In this document: positions 11,367 to 23,300 of the stretch, piece by piece
Layout of the letters: each line of letters begins with the position of its first letter
How positions within the stretch are numbered: the first letter of the stretch is position 1
Source: Macrostomum lignano
Lineage: Eukaryota
Reading direction: 5' to 3'
Length of the DNA stretch: 64,000 bases
Assembly: GCA_002269645.1 (NCBI GenBank)
Contig: NIVC01003859.1
Location: 9,441-73,440 of the forward strand
Made by a program: the position numbers and the translations under genes
Notes under the pieces: generated by a model
Told to the model about the DNA's origin: nothing
What the model saw: the letters and a program-made list of their open reading frames with translations, nothing else
Database searches by the model: none

Positions 11367-14300
11367 ATGAACAAAATTCTAAGCTGTGCTTGTCGACCTA
11401 AGAAGTCGGTGGAGATCCGCACACTTGACTTCCGAAATCAGCACCTAGCGGAGGTTCCCGCAGATGCCTTCAAAAACGAAGCAACGCTCGAGGTCTTGCT
11501 GCTTGATCACAACAAGCTGACAGAACTGAGAAAGGTTGGACTCCAGTTTAAATTTTGGCAGCTTGTAGTTTATCATGTAGCATGTTTGTAATCCATTGAC
11601 GAAATTCTCTGAGTCCGTTTTTTCCACAGGAGCTGTTCTGCTGCCGCAGTCTGTTCAAGCTGTCTCTTTCCAACAATTGCCTCCAGTGCCTGCCCCCAAG
11701 CATTGGGAGCTTGTGCAACCTTGGCGAGTTGAGTCTGAAGAACAACAGTAAGTTGAACTAGACTGCCTTAGGTGAGATAGCATCAGTGAATTTTGCCACC
11801 TACTGTGTTCATTTCAGGCTTGGTGGAGCTGCCGGATGAAATCAAGGCCTGCAAATACCTGCACACTTTAGATCTAAGCGGTAACTTGTTTGAAGTGTAA
11901 GTCATGGCCAATGAGTGCAAGTTCAGCATATTGCTCAAAGCATTGTGACCTAAATACCAGCCTATATATTGTAAGAGCCGAGAATTTAGAGTAAGTTTAC
12001 GAAGTATATTTTGATGCACGATAATTTACGAGCGATTAAATAGTCAGCGATGATAGATCGATTAAAGTGACTCACCCAACTGGGGTGGTGGGCATGTACA
12101 GAGAAGAAAGCGAGATGCAAGTACATATACTAATAGAGCAGCCCCCACCCCGACGGCCCAAACCAAACGCAACCCTACATCACTCTCCCCCAAGAAAAAT
12201 ACATGGGATAAAAAAACGGGATAAAACAAAAGCAAACAAAAAAAGTTCATGCAACGCGAAAAAAGTCCCGATCAGAAAAAAGCACGTCAACAGGTCGCCG
12301 TGTAAAAATCCGGCCGCCGGCGCTGCCTGCCCGACCGGCGCACCGTGTTGCCGGGTTCAGCCGCGTCCAGGTTGCGCAGCGGCTCCCAGGCGTCCGGGCC
12401 GGCCAGCTGGCCCGCGGCGTCCTCGACGCTCTGACAGTCGTCCTCGGTGGCCGGCTTGGCTGGCGGCCTGCCGCTCAGATTCGGTCGGTCGATAAAGCGC
12501 TTCAAGCGGTCGTGGTGGACCAGCAAGCGGCGCCTGCCGTTCACAGCCTGCAGCCGGTAGTTCACAGGGCTGACCTTCTTAAGGACGATGAACGGGCCGG
12601 ACCACCGGCTCGACAGCGACTTGCACTGGCCGCGCTTCATCGCATGGTGCGTCAGCATCACTCGGTCACCGGTCTTGAAGTCGGTAGTCTCTGCCCCTAG
12701 GTTGTAGAACTCGTGCTGCGATTTCTGGGCCGTGTGCAGGTGCGCCCGCACTACCTGAAAGCCGCGCCTGATTCTCGCCTGCAGGTCCGCGCAGTCCTGC
12801 GGCTGGTCGCGCTGCCCACCGAGTGCCAAGTCGACCGGCAGTCTGGGCTCGATGCCGCGTAGCACTTTGAACGGCGACTCGCCCGTGGAGCTGTGCTCAG
12901 AGCTGCTGTAGGCCCACACGACATAGGGCAGCAGGGCGTCCCAGCTGGCCTGATTCTCTGAGCAGAATGCGGAGAGCATGTTGCCCAGCGTCCTATTGAA
13001 CCTCTCGACGTTCCCGTTGCCGCTGGGGTGAAACGGTGAGGTCCTCGATTTTTCTGCTCCGAGCAGCGCGCAGGTCTGCTTGAAAACTTCGGCCTCAAAC
13101 TGGCGACCTTGGTCCGAGTGCACGACCCCCGGAACTCCGTGCCGCAGCACCACACAGGTCACCAGAGCCTCGGCTACCGTCGTGGCGTCGATCTGGCTGA
13201 GGGCCGCCGCCTCCACCCACTTTGAAAATGGGTCGACAAAGCAGATGATGTAGCGCTTGCCAGACTCGGTGACTGGCAGTGGCCCTTGATGTCGAGTTGC
13301 ATGACAGCCCACGGCTTGGCCGGTAGCGGCTGCCGCACCAGCTCAGCGCGCGCTCGCTTTGGCGCTCCCTTGCGTCGTTGGCAGACCAGGCAGCTCCGCA
13401 CCCAGTCCCGCACGTCCTCGCGCATGTCCGGCCACCAGGAACGCTCGCGCAGAGCCCGCAGCACCCGCCGCTGACCGAGGTGACCCGCGCTCGGCCGGTC
13501 GTGCGCCTGTTGCAGCAGCTCCGCTCTCATGTGCTGGGGGATCACCGGCAACCCGTTGTGGAGCAGTGCGCCGTCCGGTGACAGCGTCAGACAGGGCAGC
13601 AGCTTCAGGACCGATGCACTCACCGCCGCCGGAACTTGAAAGTTGGGCTGGAGCATCGCGTGCCGAACCGCGTGCAGAACCTGGTCCTGGTCCTGCTCGT
13701 CAGGCAGATTAGCGATCTGGAACTGCACCGCCGCTGCTCGGCTGAGGGTGTCTGGCACGATGTTCTCCTTGCCGGGCCGGTACAGGATTTCCAGGGGGAA
13801 CTCCTGAATGAGCTGTAGCCAACGTGCCAGCCGACCGGTTGGCTCCTTCGCGTTGAGCAGCCCAGTGATCGGCTTGTGGTCGGTGAACACCTGGATCTTG
13901 CAGCTGTTGCTCAGGTACATGCGGAACTGCTTGAGGCTCCAAACAATCGCGAGCAGCTCCCGGTCCGTGGTGCTGTAGTTGCGCTCTGCCTTGCTCAGCG
14001 TCCGGGAAGCGTAGGCCACTGGCAGCTCCTGGCCGTCGCGCTCCTGGCTGAGCACCGCTCCCAAGGCCACAGCACTGCTGTCACAGCTGATGACGATAGG
14101 CCGGCTGAAGTCGGGCAGCTGGAGCACCGGGGCCTGGGTCAGCGCGTCCTTCAACTTGTTCAGCACCGCAGCATGCTCTGACGTCCACACGAAGCCGCCG
14201 CCCGCGCCTTTCTGAGCCAGGTGATGCAGCGGTTTGGCAATGTCAGAGAAGTTGGGCACGAACCTGCGGTAGAAGCTGAGCATGCCGATGATGCGTCGAA

Positions 14301-17300
14301 CATCCTCCTCAGACTGCGGCTCCGGCATCCGCCTGATCGCCTCGACCTTCTCCGCGGCAGGTGCGATGCCGCTCTCAGAGACTTGGTGACCTAGGTACGT
14401 GACGCTCCGGTAGGCAAAGAAGCTCTTGCCTGGGTTCAGCTTCAGCTTGGCAGACCGCAGTCGATGCAGCACCTTGGACAGTGACTGAACGTGGTTCTCA
14501 AAGTCCCTGTTGAAGATGATCAGGTCATCAATGTACGCGATGACCTCCTCCCAGCTCAGGCCGGTCATGATGAGCTCCATCATTCGCTGGTACGTCGCAG
14601 GCGCGTTGCACATGCCGAATCCCATTTTGCGGAATTGCATCAGGCCGCTCGGAGTGTAGAACGCTGTCAACGGCCGATCCTCCTCTCTGACCTCCACCTG
14701 AAGGAAGCCTTGGCGCATGTCGATCGTAGAGAACCACGAGCAGCCAGCCAAGGAGTCGAGCGCTTGGTGCAAATGCGGCAGCGGGTGGGCGTCCTTCACT
14801 GTGAGGTTGTTCAGCGCCCGCCAGTCTACACAGACTCGGATGTCATTATTCTTCTTTCTGACGATTATCAGGTTGCTCGCCCACGGGCTGGTGGAGGGCT
14901 CGATGACGCCGTGTTGTCGCATCTGCTCCAGCTTCTCGTCCACTTGCCTCCTGAAGGCGTGAGGCACCCGCCGAGGCCGTTGGCGAATCGGGCGAGCGCC
15001 GTCGTCCAGCTCAATCTTGTGCTGCGCTGCGCTGCTCGTACCAACGTCGAACTCATGGACTGAGACCACGTCGGCAAATGCCCTCAGCAGCATTGCTAAA
15101 CGGTTGCTGTCCTCCTCCGGCAGCTCCGGATTGATGTTGAACTGGTCTGCGGGGCCTCGCCACTCGTGCACGTCCTCGTCCTCGTCGATAACCTCCGCGC
15201 TCTCGAAGGTGCCGATGCTCTGGTTGGAGAACAGCGTGACCGGGCTGCAGCTGAGGTTGCACACCTGAACCGGAATCTTGCCGCTTTCTGAAGACACCGC
15301 GAACACGCGGCCGGGCAGCACTCCGATTCTATCGATGAACTCCTGTGACGGCTCGAAGATGCCATGTGCCTGCTTGGTCTCGGTCGTCACGTCCACCACT
15401 TTAACTGACCTTGGCGGTACCACGACGGCGCCCTGAACTCTGGCGATGATCACTGTGGGTACCAAGCAACAAGACAGCGGGCCATCTTGCTTGGAATCGC
15501 AGTCACTGAACGGAACCGCCTCACCATCGAATGCGACTGTCTTGGCACCCTGGTCGATGCTGAACTGCGATCTGGCCGCCTTGCTCACGAAATCCATCCC
15601 CAGGATGAAGTTTGGGCGAATCCCTCTGACCACCAGCACGTCCATTTGTCTGCGCAGCTGATGACTGAGTCGCACCGTAATGCTCACGCTTCCTAACAGC
15701 TCGAGAACGGAGCCGTCCACGGACACAGGCCTGACATCTGCCGGCTTCAGCTCGCAGCGACCGTCTAGCTCTCTCAAAGCAACGTCGCTGATCAGCGAGG
15801 TCTGCGCTCCGGTGTCCAGCAGCCAGCGGCACGGCTTGCCGTTTGCCTCTCCAGGTATAAAAATAGCATGAAGCACGGGATTGCTCCTTGGGGTTGGTGT
15901 GGGTCCCGCACCCGTTGCACCAACCCTTAAAAGTTTCCCGGAGCCTTCGATGGGCAGACAGAGGCCTTGTGCCCCCGCCCAGAGCACTTGTGGCAGATGA
16001 TCGGACCCGGCTGTTTCTCTCGCTGCTGACATTGCGCTGCACGGTGTCCGAGCTGGCCGCAGTTGAAGCAGCCGCCTCCTCGCTGTTGACGGCGACGCCG
16101 AGTGTCAGTACCCGACTGTACGCTGACCCTCGCGATGAGCTCCTCCATGCGTTTCTCCAGTCGGTCCAGGCGGTCCTCGCTTGGTTCTGCCGATGATGTA
16201 GCGCTGACGGCTGCGACTGCCGCCACCGACTGTCGCCCAGCCAGCTCCTCCAGCCGAGCCGCCCGCTGCAGCAGAGTCTCCAGGCTGCAGGTCTCTGCGT
16301 CCTCTGCCTTAAGCAGGTTGTCACGAATGTCGGCCTTGAGCAGCTGCAGAAGCTTGAAGCGCACATCTCGGTCTCGCTGAGCAATTGAGTCCTCCGGTCT
16401 GGCTTTCTGGTGTAGCAGCTTCAGGTTAAAGCAGAGCTCACGCAGTGTCTCGGCATCTCCACGTTTTTTCGCGTAGAAGTCGCTCATGGCCTTAAAGCTG
16501 TCGGCTTCGCCTCCATAAAACTTTGTGAGGTCCTCCTTTATACTTTTAAAACTCTTTTGTCTTGTCTCGGCCAGGTCCCAGACGACAAGTTGGGCTTCTC
16601 CCGTGAGCAGCAGCTTCACCTTCGACGCTGAGGTCGCGTCGTCCCATTTCGCATCGTTGGCGAATTCCTCAAAGATGCGCAGCCACTTTCTCACGTCAGT
16701 GCCGTCTGTTCCACTGAACTTTGGCGGTAGAAGGGTGTTCTGGGCCATGAGTGCACTTGCACTGGGTTCTCGCTGCCACCAATGTAAGAGCCGAGAATTT
16801 AGAGTAAGTTTACGAAGTATATTTTGATGCACGATAATTTACGAGCGATTAAATAGTCAGCGATGATAGATCGATTAAAGTGACTCACCCAACTGGGGTG
16901 GTGGGCATGTACAGAGAAGAAAGCGAGATGCAAGTACATATACTAATAGAGCAGCCCCCACCCCGACGGCCCAAACCAAACGCAACCCTACATCACTCTC
17001 CCCCAAGAAAAATACATGGGATAAAAAAACGGGATAAAACAAAAGCAAACAAAAAAAGTTCATGCAACGCGAAAAAAGTCCCGATCAGAAAAAAGCACGT
17101 CAACAGGTCGCCGTGTAAAAATCCGGCCGCCGGCGCTGCCTGCCCGACCGGCGCACCGTGTTGCCGGGTTCAGCCGCGTCCAGGTTGCGCAGCGGCTCCC
17201 AGGCGTCCGGGCCGGCCAGCTGGCCCGCGGCGTCCTCGACGCTCTGACAGTCGTCCTCGGTGGCCGGCTTGGCTGGCGGCCTGCCGCTCAGATTCGGTCG

Positions 17301-20300
17301 GTCGATAAAGCGCTTCAAGCGGTCGTGGTGGACCAGCAAGCGGCGCCTGCCGTTCACAGCCTGCAGCCGGTAGTTCACAGGGCTGACCTTCTTAAGGACG
17401 ATGAACGGGCCGGACCACCGGCTCGACAGCGACTTGCACTGGCCGCGCTTCATCGCATGGTGCGTCAGCATCACTCGGTCACCGGTCTTGAAGTCGGTAG
17501 TCTCTGCCCCTAGGTTGTAGAACTCGTGCTGCGATTTCTGGGCCGTGTGCAGGTGCGCCCGCACTACCTGAAAGCCGCGCCTGATTCTCGCCTGCAGGTC
17601 CGCGCAGTCCTGCGGCTGGTCGCGCTGCCCACCGAGTGCCAAGTCGACCGGCAGTCTGGGCTCGATGCCGCGTAGCACTTTGAACGGCGACTCGCCCGTG
17701 GAGCTGTGCTCAGAGCTGCTGTAGGCCCACACGACATAGGGCAGCAGGGCGTCCCAGCTGGCCTGATTCTCTGAGCAGAATGCGGAGAGCATGTTGCCCA
17801 GCGTCCTATTGAACCTCTCGACGTTCCCGTTGCCGCTGGGGTGAAACGGTGAGGTCCTCGATTTTTCTGCTCCGAGCAGCGCGCAGGTCTGCTTGAAAAC
17901 TTCGGCCTCAAACTGGCGACCTTGGTCCGAGTGCACGACCCCCGGAACTCCGTGCCGCAGCACCACACAGGTCACCAGAGCCTCGGCTACCGTCGTGGCG
18001 TCGATCTGGCTGAGGGCCGCCGCCTCCACCCACTTTGAAAATGGGTCGACAAAGCAGATGATGTAGCGCTTGCCAGACTCGGTGACTGGCAGTGGGCCCT
18101 TGATGTCGAGTTGCATGACAGCCCACGGCTTGGCCGGTAGCGGCTGCCGCACCAGCTCAGCGCGCGCTCGCTTTGGCGCTCCCTTGCGTCGTTGGCAGAC
18201 CAGGCAGCTCCGCACCCAGTCCCGCACGTCCTCGCGCATGTCCGGCCACCAGGAACGCTCGCGCAGAGCCCGCAGCACCCGCCGCTGACCGAGGTGACCC
18301 GCGCTCGGCCGGTCGTGCGCCTGTTGCAGCAGCTCCGCTCTCATGTGCTGGGGGATCACCGGCAACCCGTTGTGGAGCAGTGCGCCGTCCGGTGACAGCG
18401 TCAGACAGGGCAGCAGCTTCAGGACCGATGCACTCACCGCCGCCGGAACTTGAAAGTTGGGCTGGAGCATCGCGTGCCGAACCGCGTGCAGAACCTGGTC
18501 CTGGTCCTGCTCGTCAGGCAGATTAGCGATCTGGAACTGCACCGCCGCTGCTCGGCTGAGGGTGTCTGGCACGATGTTCTCCTTGCCGGGCCGGTACAGG
18601 ATTTCCAGGGGGAACTCCTGAATGAGCTGTAGCCAACGTGCCAGCCGACCGGTTGGCTCCTTCGCGTTGAGCAGCCCAGTGATCGGCTTGTGGTCGGTGA
18701 ACACCTGGATCTTGCAGCTGTTGCTCAGGTACATGCGGAACTGCTTGAGGCTCCAAACAATCGCGAGCAGCTCCCGGTCCGTGGTGCTGTAGTTGCGCTC
18801 TGCCTTGCTCAGCGTCCGGGAAGCGTAGGCCACTGGCAGCTCCTGGCCGTCGCGCTCCTGGCTGAGCACCGCTCCCAAGGCCACAGCACTGCTGTCACAG
18901 CTGATGACGATAGGCCGGCTGAAGTCGGGCAGCTGGAGCACCGGGGCCTGGGTCAGCGCGTCCTTCAACTTGTTCAGCACCGCAGCATGCTCTGACGTCC
19001 ACACGAAGCCGCCGCCCGCGCCTTTCTGAGCCAGGTGATGCAGCGGTTTGGCAATGTCAGAGAAGTTGGGCACGAACCTGCGGTAGAAGCTGAGCATGCC
19101 GATGATGCGTCGAACATCCTCCTCAGACTGCGGCTCCGGCATCCGCCTGATCGCCTCGACCTTCTCCGCGGCAGGTGCGATGCCGCTCTCAGAGACTTGG
19201 TGACCTAGGTACGTGACGCTCCGGTAGGCAAAGAAGCTCTTGCCTGGGTTCAGCTTCAGCTTGGCAGACCGCAGTCGATGCAGCACCTTGGACAGTGACT
19301 GAACGTGGTTCTCAAAGTCCCTGTTGAAGATGATCAGGTCATCAATGTACGCGATGACCTCCTCCCAGCTCAGGCCGGTCATGATGAGCTCCATCATTCG
19401 CTGGTACGTCGCAGGCGCGTTGCACATGCCGAATCCCATTTTGCGGAATTGCATCAGGCCGCTCGGAGTGTAGAACGCTGTCAACGGCCGATCCTCCTCT
19501 CTGACCTCCACCTGAAGGAAGCCTTGGCGCATGTCGATCGTAGAGAACCATGAGCAGCCAGCCAAGGAGTCGAGCGCTTGGTGCAAATGCGGCAGCGGGT
19601 GGGCGTCCTTCACTGTGAGGTTGTTCAGCGCCCGCCAGTCTACACAGACTCGGATGTCATTATTCTTCTTTCTGACGATTATCAGGTTGCTCGCCCACGG
19701 GCTGGTGGAGGGCTCGATGACGCCGTGTTGTCGCATCTGCTCCAGCTTCTCGTCCACTTGCCTCCTGAAGGCGTGAGGCACCCGCCGAGGCCGTTGGCGA
19801 ATCGGGCGAGCGCCGTCGTCCAGCTCAATCTTGTGCTGCGCTGCGCTGCTCGTACCAACGTCGAACTCATGGACTGAGACCACGTCGGCAAATGCCCTCA
19901 GCAGCATTGCTAAACGGTTGCTGTCCTCCTCCGGCAGCTCCGGATTGATGTTGAACTGGTCTGCGGGGCCTCGCCACTCGTGCACGTCCTCGTCCTCGTC
20001 GATAACCTCCGCGCTCTCGAAGGTGCCGATGCTCTGGTTGGAGAACAGCGTGACCGGGCTGCAGCTGAGGTTGCACACCTGAACCGGAATCTTGCCGCTT
20101 TCTGAAGACACCGCGAACACGCGGCCGGGCAGCACTCCGATTCTATCGATGAACTCCTGTGACGGCTCGAAGATGCCATGTGCCTGCTTGGTCTCGGTCG
20201 TCACGTCCACCACTTTAACTGACCTTGGCGGTACCACGACGGCGCCCTGAACTCTGGCGATGATCACTGTGGGTACCAAGCAACAAGACAGCGGGCCATC

Positions 20301-23300
20301 TTGCTTGGAATCGCAGTCACTGAACGGAACCGCCTCACCATCGAATGCGACTGTCTTGGCACCCTGGTCGATGCTGAACTGCGATCTGGCCGCCTTGCTC
20401 ACGAAATCCATCCCCAGGATGAAGTTTGGGCGAATCCCTCTGACCACCAGCACGTCCATTTGTCTGCGCAGCTGATGACTGAGTCGCACCGTAATGCTCA
20501 CGCTTCCTAACAGCTCGAGAACGGAGCCGTCCACGGACACAGGCCTGACATCTGCCGGCTTCAGCTCGCAGCGACCGTCTAGCTCTCTCAAAGCAACGTC
20601 GCTGATCAGCGAGGTCTGCGCTCCGGTGTCCAGCAGCCAGCGGCACGGCTTGCCGTTTGCCTCTCCAGGTATAAAAATAGCATGAAGCACGGGATTGCTC
20701 CTTGGGGTTGGTGTGGGTCCCGCACCCGTTGCACCAACCCTTAAAAGTTTCCCGGAGCCTTCGATGGGCAGACAGAGGCCTTGTGCCCCCGCCCAGAGCA
20801 CTTGTGGCAGATGATCGGACCCGGCTGTTTCTCTCGCTGCTGACATTGCGCTGCACGGTGTCCGAGCTGGCCGCAGTTGAAGCAGCCGCCTCCTCGCTGT
20901 TGACGGCGACGCCGAGTGTCAGTACCCGACTGTACGCTGACCCTCGCGATGAGCTCCTCCATGCGTTTCTCCAGTCGGTCCAGGCGGTCCTCGCTTGGTT
21001 CTGCCGATGATGTAGCGCTGACGGCTGCGACTGCCGCCACCGACTGTCGCCCAGCCAGCTCCTCCAGCCGAGCCGCCCGCTGCAGCAGAGTCTCCAGGCT
21101 GCAGGTCTCTGCGTCCTCTGCCTTAAGCAGGTTGTCACGAATGTCGGCCTTGAGCAGCTGCAGAAGCTTGAAGCGCACATCTCGGTCTCGCTGAGCAATT
21201 GAGTCCTCCGGTCTGGCTTTCTGGTGTAGCAGCTTCAGGTTAAAGCAGAGCTCACGCAGTGTCTCGGCATCTCCACGTTTCCTCGCATAGAAGTCGCTCA
21301 TGGCCTTAAAGCTGTCGGCTTCGCCTCCATAAAACTTTGTGAGGTCCTCCTTTATACTTTTAAAACTCTTTTGTCTTGTCTCGGCCAGGTCCCAGACGAC
21401 AAGTTGGGCTTCTCCCGTGAGCAGCAACTTCACCTTCGACGCTGAGGTCGCGTCGTCCCATTTCGCATCGTTGGCGAATTCCTCAAAGATGCGCAGCCAC
21501 TTTCTCACGTCAGTGCCGTCTGTTCCACTGAACTTTGGCGGTAGAAGGGTGTTCTGGGCCATGAGTGCACTTGCACTGGGTTCTCGCTGCCACCAATGTA
21601 AGAGCCGAGAATTTAGAGTAAGTTTACGAAGTATATTTTGATGCACGATAATTTACGAGCGATTAAATAGTCAGCGATGATAGATCGATTAAAGTGACTC
21701 ACCCAACTGGGGTGGTGGGCATGTACAGAGAAGAAAGCGAGATGCAAGTACATATACTAATAGAGCAGCCCCCACCCCGACGGCCCAAACCAAACGCAAC
21801 CCTACAATATTTTATATTCAGTAAACTTAGTATGAATATAGAAAGTGCAAAAATAGGCGAAATTTGCAGAATTTGATTGGTTTTGTCGTAACCAGCTTTG
21901 TTTTGTATTTCATGCGATTTTGCTGTCTTCACGCTGGCTATTCTCTCTCCCTTTAAACGAAAAATCCAGGCTAATTTATATTTACACTAATGCTTGTCTT
22001 CTGTCGTCTGTCCTATTTCTATAAAAAGTTCGTTTCTCATGGCGGGTGGGTTTCACAAACGCGAAATTTTGTTACCGCTAGAAGCAGTTGCTTTCATAAC
22101 CGCGAAACTTTCATTTAGCTATTGTGAAGTTTCGCGGTTGTTAAAGTAGGTAACATTTAGCGGTTTTGAAGTTTCGCGTTTGTAAATTACAACAAAAATT
22201 TAGCGGTTGTGAAGTCTCGCGTCTATGAAATTTAGCGCTTATAAAGTAGGTGATTTAGCGGTTGTAAAATTTTGCGTTTGTGAAAGCAACCCCTCATGGC
22301 TACTACTTGGTACTTTGTTCTTTTATATGTGCCGGGCATTCAACGCCTAAAATATTATTAAAAAACACAGTAAGCACTGCAGTAAATTTATTTAATCAAA
22401 GAACACCGGCTGTTTGCAGGGCCGTAGCGTGGCGCTCTTGTGTGCCAGGCTCGATTCCCAATTGCAGTCATTAATTTGGGGCAACATTGGAATCTCAGCT
22501 TGGGTCTGCTCGTGCAATTAACGCCCTTGAAGGCCAACCCCAAAGCATAGTGAAGTGTACATGCCTAACGATAGATAAAGTTAGGGCCGCTGTACACTCC
22601 TGTGTAGTGTGCCTGTGTGTGACTGCGTACTTATCCGCGCGCTTGTGTGCCTGTTCATGGAAGTCGGTGGAATGGGCAGCAATGCCTCTCGTTTAAAGTG
22701 CGCCAGAGTGCACACAGCCTCTAATAAAAAATATACCGGCTGTGTGCAGTAAAATATTTCTCTACCTAGTTCAATAACTAATGAAAAGTTAATTTGTTTT
22801 TTTTAGAAAGTTCTTGTTTAATACATTTATCCTCTAAAAATTCAATGCGTACTTTTATCTTTTTATGCTTCTGGGCAATGCAGCAGTTTCTGATTTGCTA
22901 CGTTTCATTTTCCTTAAACACACATTCAATGCATTCCAGGTGCTAGCGATTTAAAAATGTGATCTTATTGATACGTTTCAGATTGCCAGAGGACATCAGC
23001 AGCCTCAGCCACCTTGCCAATCTTACACTTAACGAATGCTCACTAAGGAAGCTGCCAAATACTCTCGGCAGGTGAGCTTTCTTATTGGCTTATGCTGAAT
23101 TCGCGTATATCTCGGTAGTACTGCTCATGCGCTCTTGTACCGAAATCAGCTTGTCAAGAACTTTTATGGACCAAAATTGTTATTACTATGTGTCTTATTA
23201 TGATTATGTATTATTTTGACACCTCCGAGTGCAAGGCCCCGTCACTCCAATGCTGTTATTTTTAAGACTGGGCAGCCTCTGTGTGCTGGAGGTCCGGGGC

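Larger units (their letters stand above)
11970..21806 (-). mobile_element. Tandem dimer of a Ty3/Gypsy element (LTR-internal-LTR-internal-LTR), antisense in LAP intron 3
   Basis: Three 210-bp LTRs, unit lengths 4813 and 4814 bp, TSD ATAT (11966-11969 and 21807-21810). PBS TGGTGGCAGCG (tRNA-Leu-type) and PPT GGGGGAGAGTGA are present in each unit. Confidence 0.97.

Noticed and set aside
16749-16832. Gag N-terminal extension MHQNILRKLTL (also at 21646 and in ORF 11783-12019)
   Set aside because: It starts inside the LTR upstream of the PBS, so it is an ORF-caller artefact.
12067-21641. Many short antisense or alternate-frame ORFs over gag/pol, and over LAP exons
   Set aside because: Shadows of GC-rich coding sequence with no independent motifs.
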